Shown one piece after another: positions 12,855-23,424 of a stretch of 64,000 nucleotides of DNA. Location of the stretch: assembly GCF_018350175.1 (NCBI RefSeq), contig NC_058368.1, positions 112,718,001-112,782,000 of the forward strand, read 5' to 3'. A program made the translations under genes and the position numbers. Within the stretch, counting starts at the first letter, position 1, and every line of letters begins with the position of its first letter. The notes under the pieces are model-generated. The model saw nothing but the letters and a program-made list of their open reading frames with translations, was not told the DNA's origin and did not search any database. This stretch comes from Felis catus. Taxonomy: Eukaryota.

Positions 12855-13479
12855 AAGTAGTGTCAAAAGATTTAGGTCCCAGTCTTCTCTTTAACAGAGA
12901 GTGTCAATTGACAATTACTGCACAGGATCCCTCCACCACTCAACAGTGGACTTTGGAGATGGGTCTCCCCTGGGCTAGCCTGGTAGTCTAGGTGTTCTCA
13001 GGAGGTGGGGGAGGGGGGATGCATCGAGAGAGTTTTGCCCTGGGCCTGTCTACTGAGGTGACAAGTCCAATATTACAGAGATGGTTTTATTTTCATTCCC
13101 ATGCACCTTTTCCTGAGCCCCTTGACAGAACAATAGTAATAGCTTGCTACAGTGAGAAAGGCTGCAGGCAAGCCTTTCTAGCACTGGCTGTGAGACCGAA
13201 CACAGATCAATGCAGTTCAGGATGGACAAGACAAAACCTTTCAGGTGACACAATCAAGAAGTCCAAGACCTGGACTAGGAAACATGCAAGGTGTCCTAGA
13301 CACTCCAGAGCTCCCTGGGGGCAGAGCTGAATGAGGCATTTACAGGACGACCGCAGTATCCTCCTGCCTGTGTGCTGCTTGTCTTGGATAGATTTGGACT
13401 TACGTCAACCTCTATTTTACATGTATATGGTTTCAAATATCCCACCTAAGGGGCTGCTTTTCCTTCAGGCCTGCATCTG

Positions 13480-14400
13480 ACCAGGTCGAGGAGGTCCCCT
13501 TCCACCCCGGGCGCCAGCGAGACCCCAGGGCCCTCACCCTGCGGGAGACCGGAAGACAACTCATTTGACTACTGGACACACCTGGAAGAGCCCTCTGGGC
13601 AATCTGTCTGTAGAGTGGTGAGTGGGAGAGTTACCTTGAATTCAGTCTCAATGTTGGCTAGCCTGGCCAGTTCGTTGCTCAGCTCCAGCGCGGTGAGCAC
13701 GGGGTCTTCGCTGGACAGAGACAGGTAAGCAGCGCTCGCCAGCCCCTTGTAGGCGTTCATGCGGGAGCGCGAGTGGCTGAAGGAGTCCTTCCGCTGCTTC
13801 TCGGTGCACTCGTTGCACTTGCAGAAGTAGTCGTGCGGCCGCTCGATGCGGGCGCCCTTGAGCAGGAGGATGTGCACGATCTCATACTCCTGGCAGTGCG
13901 CCGCTAGGATGATGGGCGTGATGTCGTGCGAGAAGCGCGTGCCGTCCTCGTCATAGGCGTAGAAGTCGTCGTCGCGCAGCTCCTGCTCCAGGGGGCTGAG
14001 CGTCAGGCGCTGGCCCTGCGCGAAGGCCGGGTGGTTGAGGATGGCCTCCACGATGCGCACGTAGCCCTTGCTGATGGCGAGCAGCAGCGCGTCCCCCACC
14101 CGCGCCAGGTTCTCCTTCTTGAGCAGCAGCTCCGTGACCTCCAGGTGCTCGTTGCCCACGGCCAGCTGCAGGGCGTTTTGCCCCATGTAGTCCACGCAGT
14201 TGAAGTTGAGGGTCTTGGACTCCTCCAGCATTTTCCTGACCACGGGGATGTTGCCATACTCGGCTGAGTCCAGGAAGCGCTCCTCCTCGGGCGTCAGGCT
14301 GGTGCCCTTCTCGTTGAACATGTAGGCGGGACCCCGGATGGCCTGGCGGCGGCCCTTCTCCCTCAGTGTTGTGTGCCGGCGCTGCATGTTTTTGAAGGTG
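13480..14400. other. CpG-island-like region covering exon 2
   Basis: Visibly high GC and dense CpG (gcgcgag, gtcgtcgtcgcgc) against CpG-poor flanks. Confidence 0.75.
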
Positions 14401-14412
14401 CTGCTCCCCAGC
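13635..14412 (-). CDS. TRPC7: TRPC7 coding exon 2: N-terminal cytoplasmic region with ankyrin repeats and the [11 protein letters not shown]ys/His motif; 778 nt
   Basis: Translation [60 protein letters not shown]...[17 protein letters not shown] matches the TRPC7 N-terminus as I recall it. Acceptor ttgttcccccacag|G (exon starts 14412); donor TTCAAG|gtaact (exon ends 13635). The ORF-track extensions MFPHR and VTLPL... are intronic read-through. Confidence 0.97.
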
Positions 14413-17277
14413 CTGTGGGGGAACAAGGCAGAGATGCTTGGTTACTCTCTCAGGGCCCTGCGGTGTCCCCAGGGGCAGAACAAACAAAAATTGCTGAGAT
14501 AAAGAAGAATCTCATGATCGGGATTTTACGACAAATCATTTTCCTCTTACTGAGATTAAGACAGATTGGCTAACCTAACTATTCCTATTCATAGAGAGGA
14601 ATATTGATGTAGTTATCCAGCGTCTGTGACCCTTGGATGGAGGAATGATGGCAAACTGAAATGTGGGTTTAGGTTGGTGTGTAATGAGAGCTAGAGGGGG
14701 AGGGTGTGGGGTAGTGATGTGGTTGAAACAGGCCAAAGACTGTGGATTTTATTTCCATTTGTGCAAAGTTTAGTACCGCACCTAACGTCTCTGGGCTTTA
14801 GTATATTGCTTCTCTGTGATTTCACCTGTACAATGTGGGTAGCTTTTTGTGTGTCATAAGGTCCATAGGAGGATTAAATGAGGTAACATGTATTAGAAAA
14901 TAGTGTTGGTTTTATTCTGTACCCTCCTTCCTGTTGCCTTGCCCAGTTCACCAAGCGGTCTGCTGTAGAGATGGCCACTTTGGGTACTGCCGCCTTGATT
15001 TCAGGCGCATTTTCCCCATTGAGCTCCCTCACTGTGACAAAACCATGCAAGCATGGCCACATGCCTCTGTTTTCTGCATTCAGTGTATGCCTATGCCATG
15101 TGGGGTCTGTGTTTTCTTTCTGATGCCGGTGCAGCCTAAGCAGATACTAAAGGACAAGATGTGATAGGGAGCAGGCCTAGACTCATTGTCACTTAGTGGT
15201 GGCTTCTGAGGTGGCTCCCCTGAGGAAATTCAGCTGCAGCTTCTTAAGATCAAACCTGGATTTTTGTATGGATGGAAGAACAGGTCGGCTTAGATGGTGG
15301 GTTTATTCCTAATTTGCTCTTTGCTATTGTGGCATAGTGTAGAGGTTAATGCTAATACTACTAGTAATAACAGCTAACATTTATTAAGCACCTATTACAT
15401 GCTACTAAATATACTAAGAAGTTAATAACCTCACATATATTACTTGTATAATTCTTGCATTTATCCCATGACGTAGATGCTATGACTGTCCTCATTTCAG
15501 GTGATGATGCTGACACAAGTAGGGCTGAGAGACAGGCTTGGAAGTCAGAGGACCTAGAGTAGGAGTCCTGGCTCCACCTTTGGCCAACCTTGTGACTTTG
15601 TGCAAATTACCTGATCTTTAATTCCCCAGGGTTTCAAAAAAGGGCAGATAGCTATAGGGTAATTTGAGCTTGAGTCAGATATGCCGGCTTCAGCTAGCAT
15701 TGAGACTTTGAGTGGATCCCTGGCTCAAGATACTTTAACTGTAACGCAGGATTTGGGCCAGATGTTCCCTAACTCTCTATGAACGTGAGCATCTGATTCT
15801 CCAATTGGCCCTCTTCTTATTTTCTATTCTTTTTTTTTTCTAGTCTACCCCTCACTCACATTATTCAAGTGATAGTAGAACGGCATACATTTCAATAAGA
15901 TGGTATCTATTCTAAAGAGTAAGTGCTTGGGGATTTATTTTGAACCATTTTCCACGTTTCCCTGGGTCTGTTTGTTAGGGGTCATGTTTCCATGCATTAA
16001 GAATATTCAGTATTTAATTTAAGCCATTTGTAAAAAATAAAAGTTTCAGAGGAAGGCCTTTAAATTAAATCTTGTGTTTTGAGATTAAAAAAAAAAATGT
16101 TCCATTCAGTGTGGGGAAATAGGTTCTACTTACATAAATGTGTTAGAAAAAGGCTTAGGGCCGAAAGCTGCCACCACGGGGCAAAAGCATCCAGGTTAGG
16201 TAACGAGATAAAGTAATGGGATCACGGGTAACTTGTTGTTATCACCTGTAGGACATCCTTTCCATCTGACTCCAATATATACTTCTGTCACAAACTCCCT
16301 TCGCTCCCAGATCCTTTGCTTCTCACACACACAAGTTAATGATTACTCTCTGATTGCTTTCTCCACGTTCACGCGTTTAAGATCTTGTTTTCTTCACATT
16401 CACCACGTGGGTAAATACCTTGTGGTCTCAAAAATGTGGAGATGAAACTCCCTGTTCAGGGCTCTTGGGTTCTCCCAGACATTAGCCTCTCTCATATTCA
16501 ATTTGGCACACGCTCTTTTGCTGGACAAGAGAGAACTCCAGACTCATAGTCTGCGACAGACAACTCAGTCTTGTGATTTTTAAATTTTGCGTCTCCATTT
16601 AGTTTTCTGCTAATTTTACCTTTTGACCTGCTCAAACCCTTTAGGTTTTAGCTGCTTCCTGGGGCCCTTTGTGGTATAAAGCAAAGACTTGGAGGTCAGA
16701 GCTTATGCTCTAATCTTGCCTAGGGCTGAGTCATACGCTTTTTGGGAGAAGCTGCTAAACTATTCAGTGGAGTAGCTTTTTCATCTGCAAAAAGCAAAAG
16801 GAATAATTATGGGTAACTCCTTCAAAAGGTAACTGTGGGTGATAAATCCTGATAGAGAGTTCTGTGCTCCTTTAGGAAGAGATCAGAACTGCCATCCACT
16901 TTTCTAAAGTGCATTTTGATAAAAGATGGCTGGAGAAAAGGTTCTCGGGATTCAAGTTCATGATCTCCTCTGAGCCCATTTCTCTCAACAATGCCATCAT
17001 TCCAGGGAGAGAGGCTGCTTATTGATGCCAAAGCAGACTGTAGATTGGGAGTCCAATAGTGACCTTTAGAGGAGAGAGGGACTTACAATAGGAAGCAGGC
17101 TTTATTATTACAGGTTTTCCAGAGGGAGGAGAGGTGACTGAGTTGAAAGCTAAGCAGCCACCTCATTTGTATCCCCAAAGAGCCTTGTTTCAGAGGATGT
17201 CGTGAAATCAGTTTCAAGGTCTGTCATCTGGGTTCACATACTCAGGTGGGAACTGAGCCTACAAAAGACTAATAATC

Positions 17278-17482
17278 TTTTTTTAAAGGTGATTTATTTA
17301 TTTTGGAAGGAAGAGAGCAGGAGCAGGGGAGGGGCAAAGAGAGAGCACACAGAGAATCTCAAGCAGGCTCTGTGGTGTTAGTGCAGAGCCTGATGCAGGG
17401 CTTGGTCCCATGAACCATGAGATCATGACCTGAGATGATATCAGGTGTTGGACACTTAACTGACTGAGCCGCCCAGGTGCCC
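17278..17482 (-). mobile_element. Older CanSINE
   Basis: Diverged head (gggcacctgggcggctcagtcagttaag) and gcctgcttgagattct body. Confidence 0.9.
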
Positions 17483-18559
17483 TTAGATTAATTACCTTTC
17501 TGACAGAATTACTCAATCTGCCCTCTGATGAGACGTATACCCTGCTCAGGAGCGCCTCTCTGGATTTAGACATTACAACTCAACCTGAGAAAAGGCAGTT
17601 TCCACTCAGGAACATCTGAGTGGTGTGTCAGTGATGAGATGGCGGCTGTCCTAGAAGGAACCAGGGCTTGAGCTTGATTCTATGTTACTTTTCCATTAGA
17701 GGTCTGCTCAAGAGGGAGAATAGGTCAGACTCCAAGGTCATAGGTACACAACCAATCCACAGAAGCAAGCCATGGAGAGATTAATTCAAAGGAAATATAA
17801 TAATAACTACTGAACCAAGTCAGAGCAGAGAAACATTTTACAAGAAACATGTAAGTACCCAATCTAAATTCAGAGTCCGTATAAATATCGTAGACACTGC
17901 AGGTTAAAAACGTAAAGGTTGTTAAAGCATCATTTGATAATTTCCCTCATTAGACAAACAAACAAACATGAAAACAAGGTATGAGCATTCCTGTTTTTTA
18001 GGTGAAGCAAAAAGACTAAACCTTAGGACAAATAATTTCACAAGAGTAGAGCATCATATAAATCTTGAGGTTTCTATAAACATCTATTATCCATGGACAA
18101 ATCCTGATGTTTCTAGAAACCTCTTTTATCCATGAACAAATATATGTGTGTGACTAGTATTTGCCAGAATGTCAAATGTCTTCACATGTGTTTTTCTGAA
18201 TGACCTTGAAAGCAGACACCCAGCTATAGTAAGAAATAAACAAGCCTGTCTTTCCCAGCTTTTAAAACCTCAGCTTTGAGATACATTTGGATGCTCACAG
18301 AATTGTCAATTCTGCTATTTTCCTAGGAGAATTTGTCACTGATGAGACCTTATGGGCCTTCAAGTCATGTATGCATACAAGCATATAATGGGGCATCCTA
18401 CTCACTGAGATTGCTTCTAACATAATAGGGTTTCACAGCAGACCCTAGAGCCACATGAATTGGTTCAGATATTGATGGGGGCCTATTTTTACTTCAGTGG
18501 GGACTTTTTATTAGTGCTGACTCCCTCTTTCCTTTAATCATGCTTTTTAAACATGTATT

Positions 18560-18860
18560 TTATTTTTTTTAAGCTTTGTTAAAGTATGATTGGCAAAACT
18601 GAGAAATACTTAAAGTATATATTGTGGTGATTTGCTCTAAGTATACATCATGGAAGGAATCCTACCATCTAGTTAATTAACACATTCACCATCTCACATG
18701 TATCTATTTGGTGACAACATTAATTTCTCTCTTAGAAGATTGTGCCTATGTAATACCATGTTATCAACCATTATAGTCACTGTATGGTACACTAGAGCTT
18801 CATCTTATAGCTGAAAGTTTTAATATGCTCTTGTACCAACCTGTCCCTATTTGCCCAATT
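18560..18860 (-). mobile_element. L1MA-like 3' end fragment
   Basis: T-rich tail followed by typical L1MA 3'UTR antisense sequence (ttaattaacacattcaccatctcacat). Confidence 0.65.
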
Positions 18861-20177
18861 TAAGCATTTTTATACCTGTGAATATATTTAGCCCTTATAT
18901 CCTTACTATTTAATTTTGACATTGTGGACAGTCAGTCTGTAGCCATACATTTCATACGGGTTGGGAAGAATCCACAAAAGATAAGTCAGAAAGACAAAGC
19001 CATTTGGTTCACAGTAGCTGGTGGCCAGAACTCACACTCATGAATCAGCTGTGTTGCTCTGCTGGAGAGTGGGGATATTGTCACAGTTTCAGGACCAGTA
19101 ATGAGCAAAATGATCTTCTTAATCTTCTTAAAATCCAATTAGCATTTGATTGCCCTTACTCTAATATTTTTCTTAAAAATGAACTTTGAATGCAAATGCC
19201 CTTTTATTTGCATATATTACTGAGATAATGACTGATCAAACTCATCAAACACCTCAATTAAGATACTGTGTTTTTCATCTTTCATAAATGCATACATTGA
19301 CATTTGATGTCATTGAGAAGAAGAGTTTCAGTGGAAACAAAACCATATTTGAGAGGAGGACTGATTATTAAACTCCCTCTTGATCCCTTGGTTGCTATTT
19401 TTATCAAACTGCTTTTACAGATGCATCAGCTAGTCTGAGGAAAGCCAGATGTCAGTGATCCATGAAAAGTATGAATTCTGCACCCTAAATCCACTGCAAA
19501 TAAGCATGACCATTAAGCATTTTGGAGACAGGAATTGTGATTAATTACTGGTGAAGAAAAGGGCTCTTAATAAAAATGTCTTTTTGGAGATATTTGTTGT
19601 CTTTTTTTATAAAATTGCTACATGCACCATAGGGCTCCATGGAAATCACCAAGCCTGAAACTAATTCAGTCTGTAACATTCCACAACTAAAGGTAGAGCC
19701 AAACAAAATCCATGAGTTAGGTCAGTCACCCAGGAAAACCCAGCTCTGGTCTGTGCATTCTCTCCCAAGTGTACATAGTCTGAGTTTTAGTCCAGGGCAA
19801 CAGTAATGAAATATTCAAGTGATTTGGAATGTTCTCCAAAATCTCAGTTCTCTTACCAAAGTAAGAGAAGAATAAAATCTATCCTTCGTGCACCTCAGCC
19901 ACAGTGAAGATGTAGTAATGTACATCAAATGTCCTGGATAGTAGGAAGCCTTATGCAAATGTTAGATGACTATAAATTGGCTTACATTTTACTCTACACT
20001 GATATAGTCAGCTTAGCTATTTTTCTAAATGACTGTATAATAGTGATAGTTAACATATATTACAGATTTGCCATGTTGCAGACATTCTGTTAAGTGCTTT
20101 ATGCGAATTATTGTTTTAAATTCACACAAATCATATGATAAGCTTAGCTGTTTGCCTCAATGACTAATCATAATGAT

Positions 20178-20430
20178 TAACATTTATTACACATTAACCA
20201 TATTGCAGGCACTATGCTGAGTACTTTACATGTATTATCATTTTAAATTCTCATTAACTACTACATGATACAGTTGATAGTGTTATTCCCATTTCACAGA
20301 TGGTGAAATGAGGCTCAGATAAATTAACTGCTTTTGTTAAGGCTACGTAACTTGTGAGTGGTAGACCCACTATTAGGAGTCTAATGTCTTTGGTTTCAAA
20401 GCTAATGTTTGGGTCTGGTATGCCACTGCC
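20178..20430 (-). mobile_element. MIR SINE remnant
   Basis: tattccccatttcacagatggtgaaatgaggctcaga core. Confidence 0.75.
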
Positions 20431-22140
20431 ATCCATCTTCTTCCTCCATTTTTTCCCAAATGTCTTTAGACTGTAAAATTTTCCACTAGAGTGCAGGATC
20501 CTTGAGGGCAGGGGAATTTCTTATTTATATGGCATATGTACCCAGTACACGTGATGCCTGGCATATGGTACATGGTTGGATAACTTAATTCTTAAATACT
20601 TGAATTTGGGTTGGTTATTAAAGAAGAGCAACAAAATAGAAGGGTTAATGTTTACCAGTGTCTTACTTCTTTTAAATATAGGAGCCATGTGATCCTATTG
20701 CTATTATTTCCTATTTGTGCCGACAAGTTTTAAAATTAGGTATGAGTTCCAAAGCCAAATTAGTTTCTACTTCCACTGTAAATAATGGTCCATAGGTTGC
20801 TAGATGAGACCATTAATACCAGAGGGTGTATTAATTCCCTTGGGTGACTGGGGCAAAAAAAACGGAGACATTCCCACTTCTTCAGGATACTTCTGAAAAA
20901 TTTTATGTATTTCCAGAGGCATCCAATTAATTTCTAAGTATCACCTTCCTTGTCCTGTTGAAGCTGAGGTGAGATAGTACATATAAATGATAGTGCCTAG
21001 TAAGTGCTGTAGTAACATTGGACACTATTAATTGTCTTAGTTTAATATAATCATAAAAATTGTGGATCTATAGCATTCAAGTTCTCACCTAAGCTAGTGA
21101 CAGCAATTTGCTTGTAAAATACACCCATTTTGAATAAAAGAAAATATATCTATCTAGTTACCCATGAATATACATGAGTTTATATATCTTACTCTTCAGG
21201 TTCTATGGAATAGCCAAGTATCCTTCTGCTACTCATTATAATACATTATCCCGAGATATACTTTCCAAACAATTCTGCTAGTGTGATATATATTTTTTCC
21301 ATTGCATCTTGGATTGAAAAATATTATATAGATTCCTTAATGTTAACAAATGATTCTATCAGCAATTTATTTTTCAACAAATAGTGTCATCTAGAGAAGA
21401 GATTATTCTCCATATTTTCAAACTACCTTCTATAGTATCCATACAAATATAATTAGTGCTTTGTGTGTGCTTCTTTTATTCTTTTTTAAAAAAATCCTTA
21501 TTTGTCTATTTGGAACTGGGGAAACTGGATGTCTGTATCTCATTGTGTATATCTCCAGATAGAGCTGAAACAGTAAGTTCTTATAGTTATATGCCTTTCC
21601 CCCAAAGATTTGTCTTGGTATAAAATAGATCCATGTAACCTTTTAACTATGTCATTGACTTTTGTGACAGAAGAGCTTGAAATGATCATCTACTACTAAG
21701 AAAATAAGACAGGCCCTTAAATCATGAAATGACAATACTGAAAAAAGTAACATGCTGAATATTTTGGAGGGGGGGAATGGTGATTGCCTTTCCTGAGCAA
21801 GAGATCTTGTCAGTTCTCATCCAGGATACCACATGTATCTGAAATTAGCCTCAGTGAGGCTCCACATAGCTCTCATTTTTTTTTCTGGGTTAATTGCTGC
21901 CTGAAGGAGTTAGCTAGTCTGTATGCCCCTAAGCTTCGAGCAAGTGTTTTGGAAAGAAATGTTTATGAAATTATAATTGTGACATAGAAACTTGGTAAAT
22001 TGTTAAATAATTAAACCAATGTCACTGTTTAACAAATCTTAGAGAGTGAGTTTGTATCATGTTCATAATGAATATTCTGGATTTAATGTGTATTCATTCA
22101 TAAATCTGATGTGTGTCCAGTGATTCAGAAATAGGACCCA

Positions 22141-22154
22141 CCAGCAGGTGGCAT
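22141..22154 (+). promoter_or_regulatory. Candidate CTCF site in TRPC7 intron 1
   Basis: CCAGCAGGTGGCAT matches core CCASYAGRKGGCRS at 13/14. Confidence 0.45.
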
Positions 22155-22941
22155 TCTGAGGCAAAAATTCACTGAGTGCCACCAGACAGGGTCAATCATT
22201 ATTGCCTCTTTCAAATCTACCCTGAATTCATTAAGCCTTTAAATTACAATTAATAGCAATAGCATCTTGATTAAGTCTATTCAGTCATACTTAAGTGAAT
22301 TTACAACTTCACATGTAAAGGAGGAGTTTCTGTGTTTCAGAGTTTCAAAGCTTGTGTCAAAGCACTGCCTGGATTACATTTCTTTTATTAAGAGCATATT
22401 CGTTATGTTGAAACGGACATCTAAAGGTCATTATTTTTCACAAATAAAAGGAAAGAAAAAGAACAACCTCTTTCTTCCCACCTGTAGTTCTTTAATGGTG
22501 GCTACTTATTAGAAGATAGCCTTCTTCCTCTTCCTACCCCTATATTTATGTTAAGATAAATACAATCACAAAAAATTGGCAAATTAAAAAGCTGTCAGTA
22601 GTGAAGTAGGAGGAGAACAGACAACACATATACTCTCTTCCAGGAATAAAACAAAACAAAACAACAACCCTGCACTCTAGTACAGAAGGACTGGGTTACC
22701 AATATGAGTTGTCTATTTTAAATGGATTTATAAACTTAGACTTCCAATGAAAACTAAAAAAAAAAAAATTCCTCTACCAACCCAACAAATAAGAAAGATT
22801 TCAGATCCAGGTTCATATCTAAAAATCCAAGCAATGCACAGGAGGGAGAGGGCTAATAAATAAAAGTTGAATTCTGTATTTCAGCAAGAAAACAATCTCT
22901 GTTGGAAAAATCGATATGAAAGAATCATCATAGTCGCTTAC

Positions 22942-22943
22942 AT
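22942..22943 (-). CDS. TRPC7: TRPC7 exon 1 coding part: 'AT' of the split initiator codon (AT|G)
   Basis: Minus strand reads ...tccctcaAT|gtaagc. Joining to exon 2 (G CTG GGG AGC...) gives ATG-CTG-GGG-AGC-AGC-ACC-TTC = MLGSSTF, in frame and like mouse MLGSNTF and human MLRNSTF (recalled). Confidence 0.88.
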
Positions 22944-23043
22944 TGAGGGAGAAATAAGCAGGCTGGTCTCTGGTCTCTAGATGACCGGAATCCGGTGATG
23001 AGTCGCGGGAATCTGGCTCCCCATGGGTGGTAGCTGAGGGGAT

Positions 23044-23064
23044 GCCGCTCTCCGTGGTGCTGAA
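23044..23064 (-). promoter_or_regulatory. RE1/NRSE (REST/NRSF binding site), near-canonical
   Basis: Minus strand TTCAGCACCACGGAGAGCGGC vs consensus TTCAGCACCACGGACAGCGCC: 19/21. Confidence 0.9.
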
Positions 23065-23112
23065 GTGTAAAGCTGGTCAAGTCCGTGGAGTTGCGAAGAT
23101 GTGAAAGCGCGC

Positions 23113-23133
23113 TTCGCTGTCCTTTGTGCTGCA
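23113..23133 (-). promoter_or_regulatory. Second RE1/NRSE motif
   Basis: Minus strand TGCAGCACAAAGGACAGCGAA: 16/21, with CAGCAC and GGACAG cores intact and canonical spacing. Confidence 0.65.
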
Positions 23134-23382
23134 ATGGTAAAAACTCCCCTTCCGAGGCAGACTTGCCTTACCGTTCTTTTCCTAATCTGGGGGAAATTTC
23201 CCAGGGAACATGACGGAGAAGGATCCGTGTGTGAGACTGGCATGTGGCGTGGTGATGAGTTGGTATAGTTCCCACCCCTTCTCGCAGACAGTAGCTTTGA
23301 AAGGGAGGTAGCAACTCTGTCTTCCTACCATAGATCCTCACGATTTCTACCTGCCCCCTCTCATGCCCCAGAACAGTGCATA

Positions 23383-23387
23383 ACACG

Positions 23388-23422
<35 letters not shown>
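23383..23422. repeat. (CA)n/(CG) microsatellite just upstream of exon 1
   Basis: acacgcacgcacacacac... seen directly. Confidence 0.95.

Positions 23423-23424
<2 letters not shown>

Larger units (their letters stand above)
22942..23240 (-). other. TRPC7: TRPC7 exon 1, mostly 5'UTR; 5' end approximate
   Basis: CpG-enriched non-repetitive patch in AT-rich surroundings ending in a consensus donor. The TSS cannot be determined from sequence alone. Confidence 0.7.

Noticed and set aside
13926..14267. Antisense 113-aa and alternative-frame 84-aa ORFs over exon 2
   Set aside because: Shadow ORFs caused by the high third-position GC of the TRPC7 exon.
13569..14426. 285-aa ORF as a standalone intronless gene or retrocopy
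   Set aside because: TRPC7 similarity starts and stops exactly at canonical splice sites, so it is an exon.
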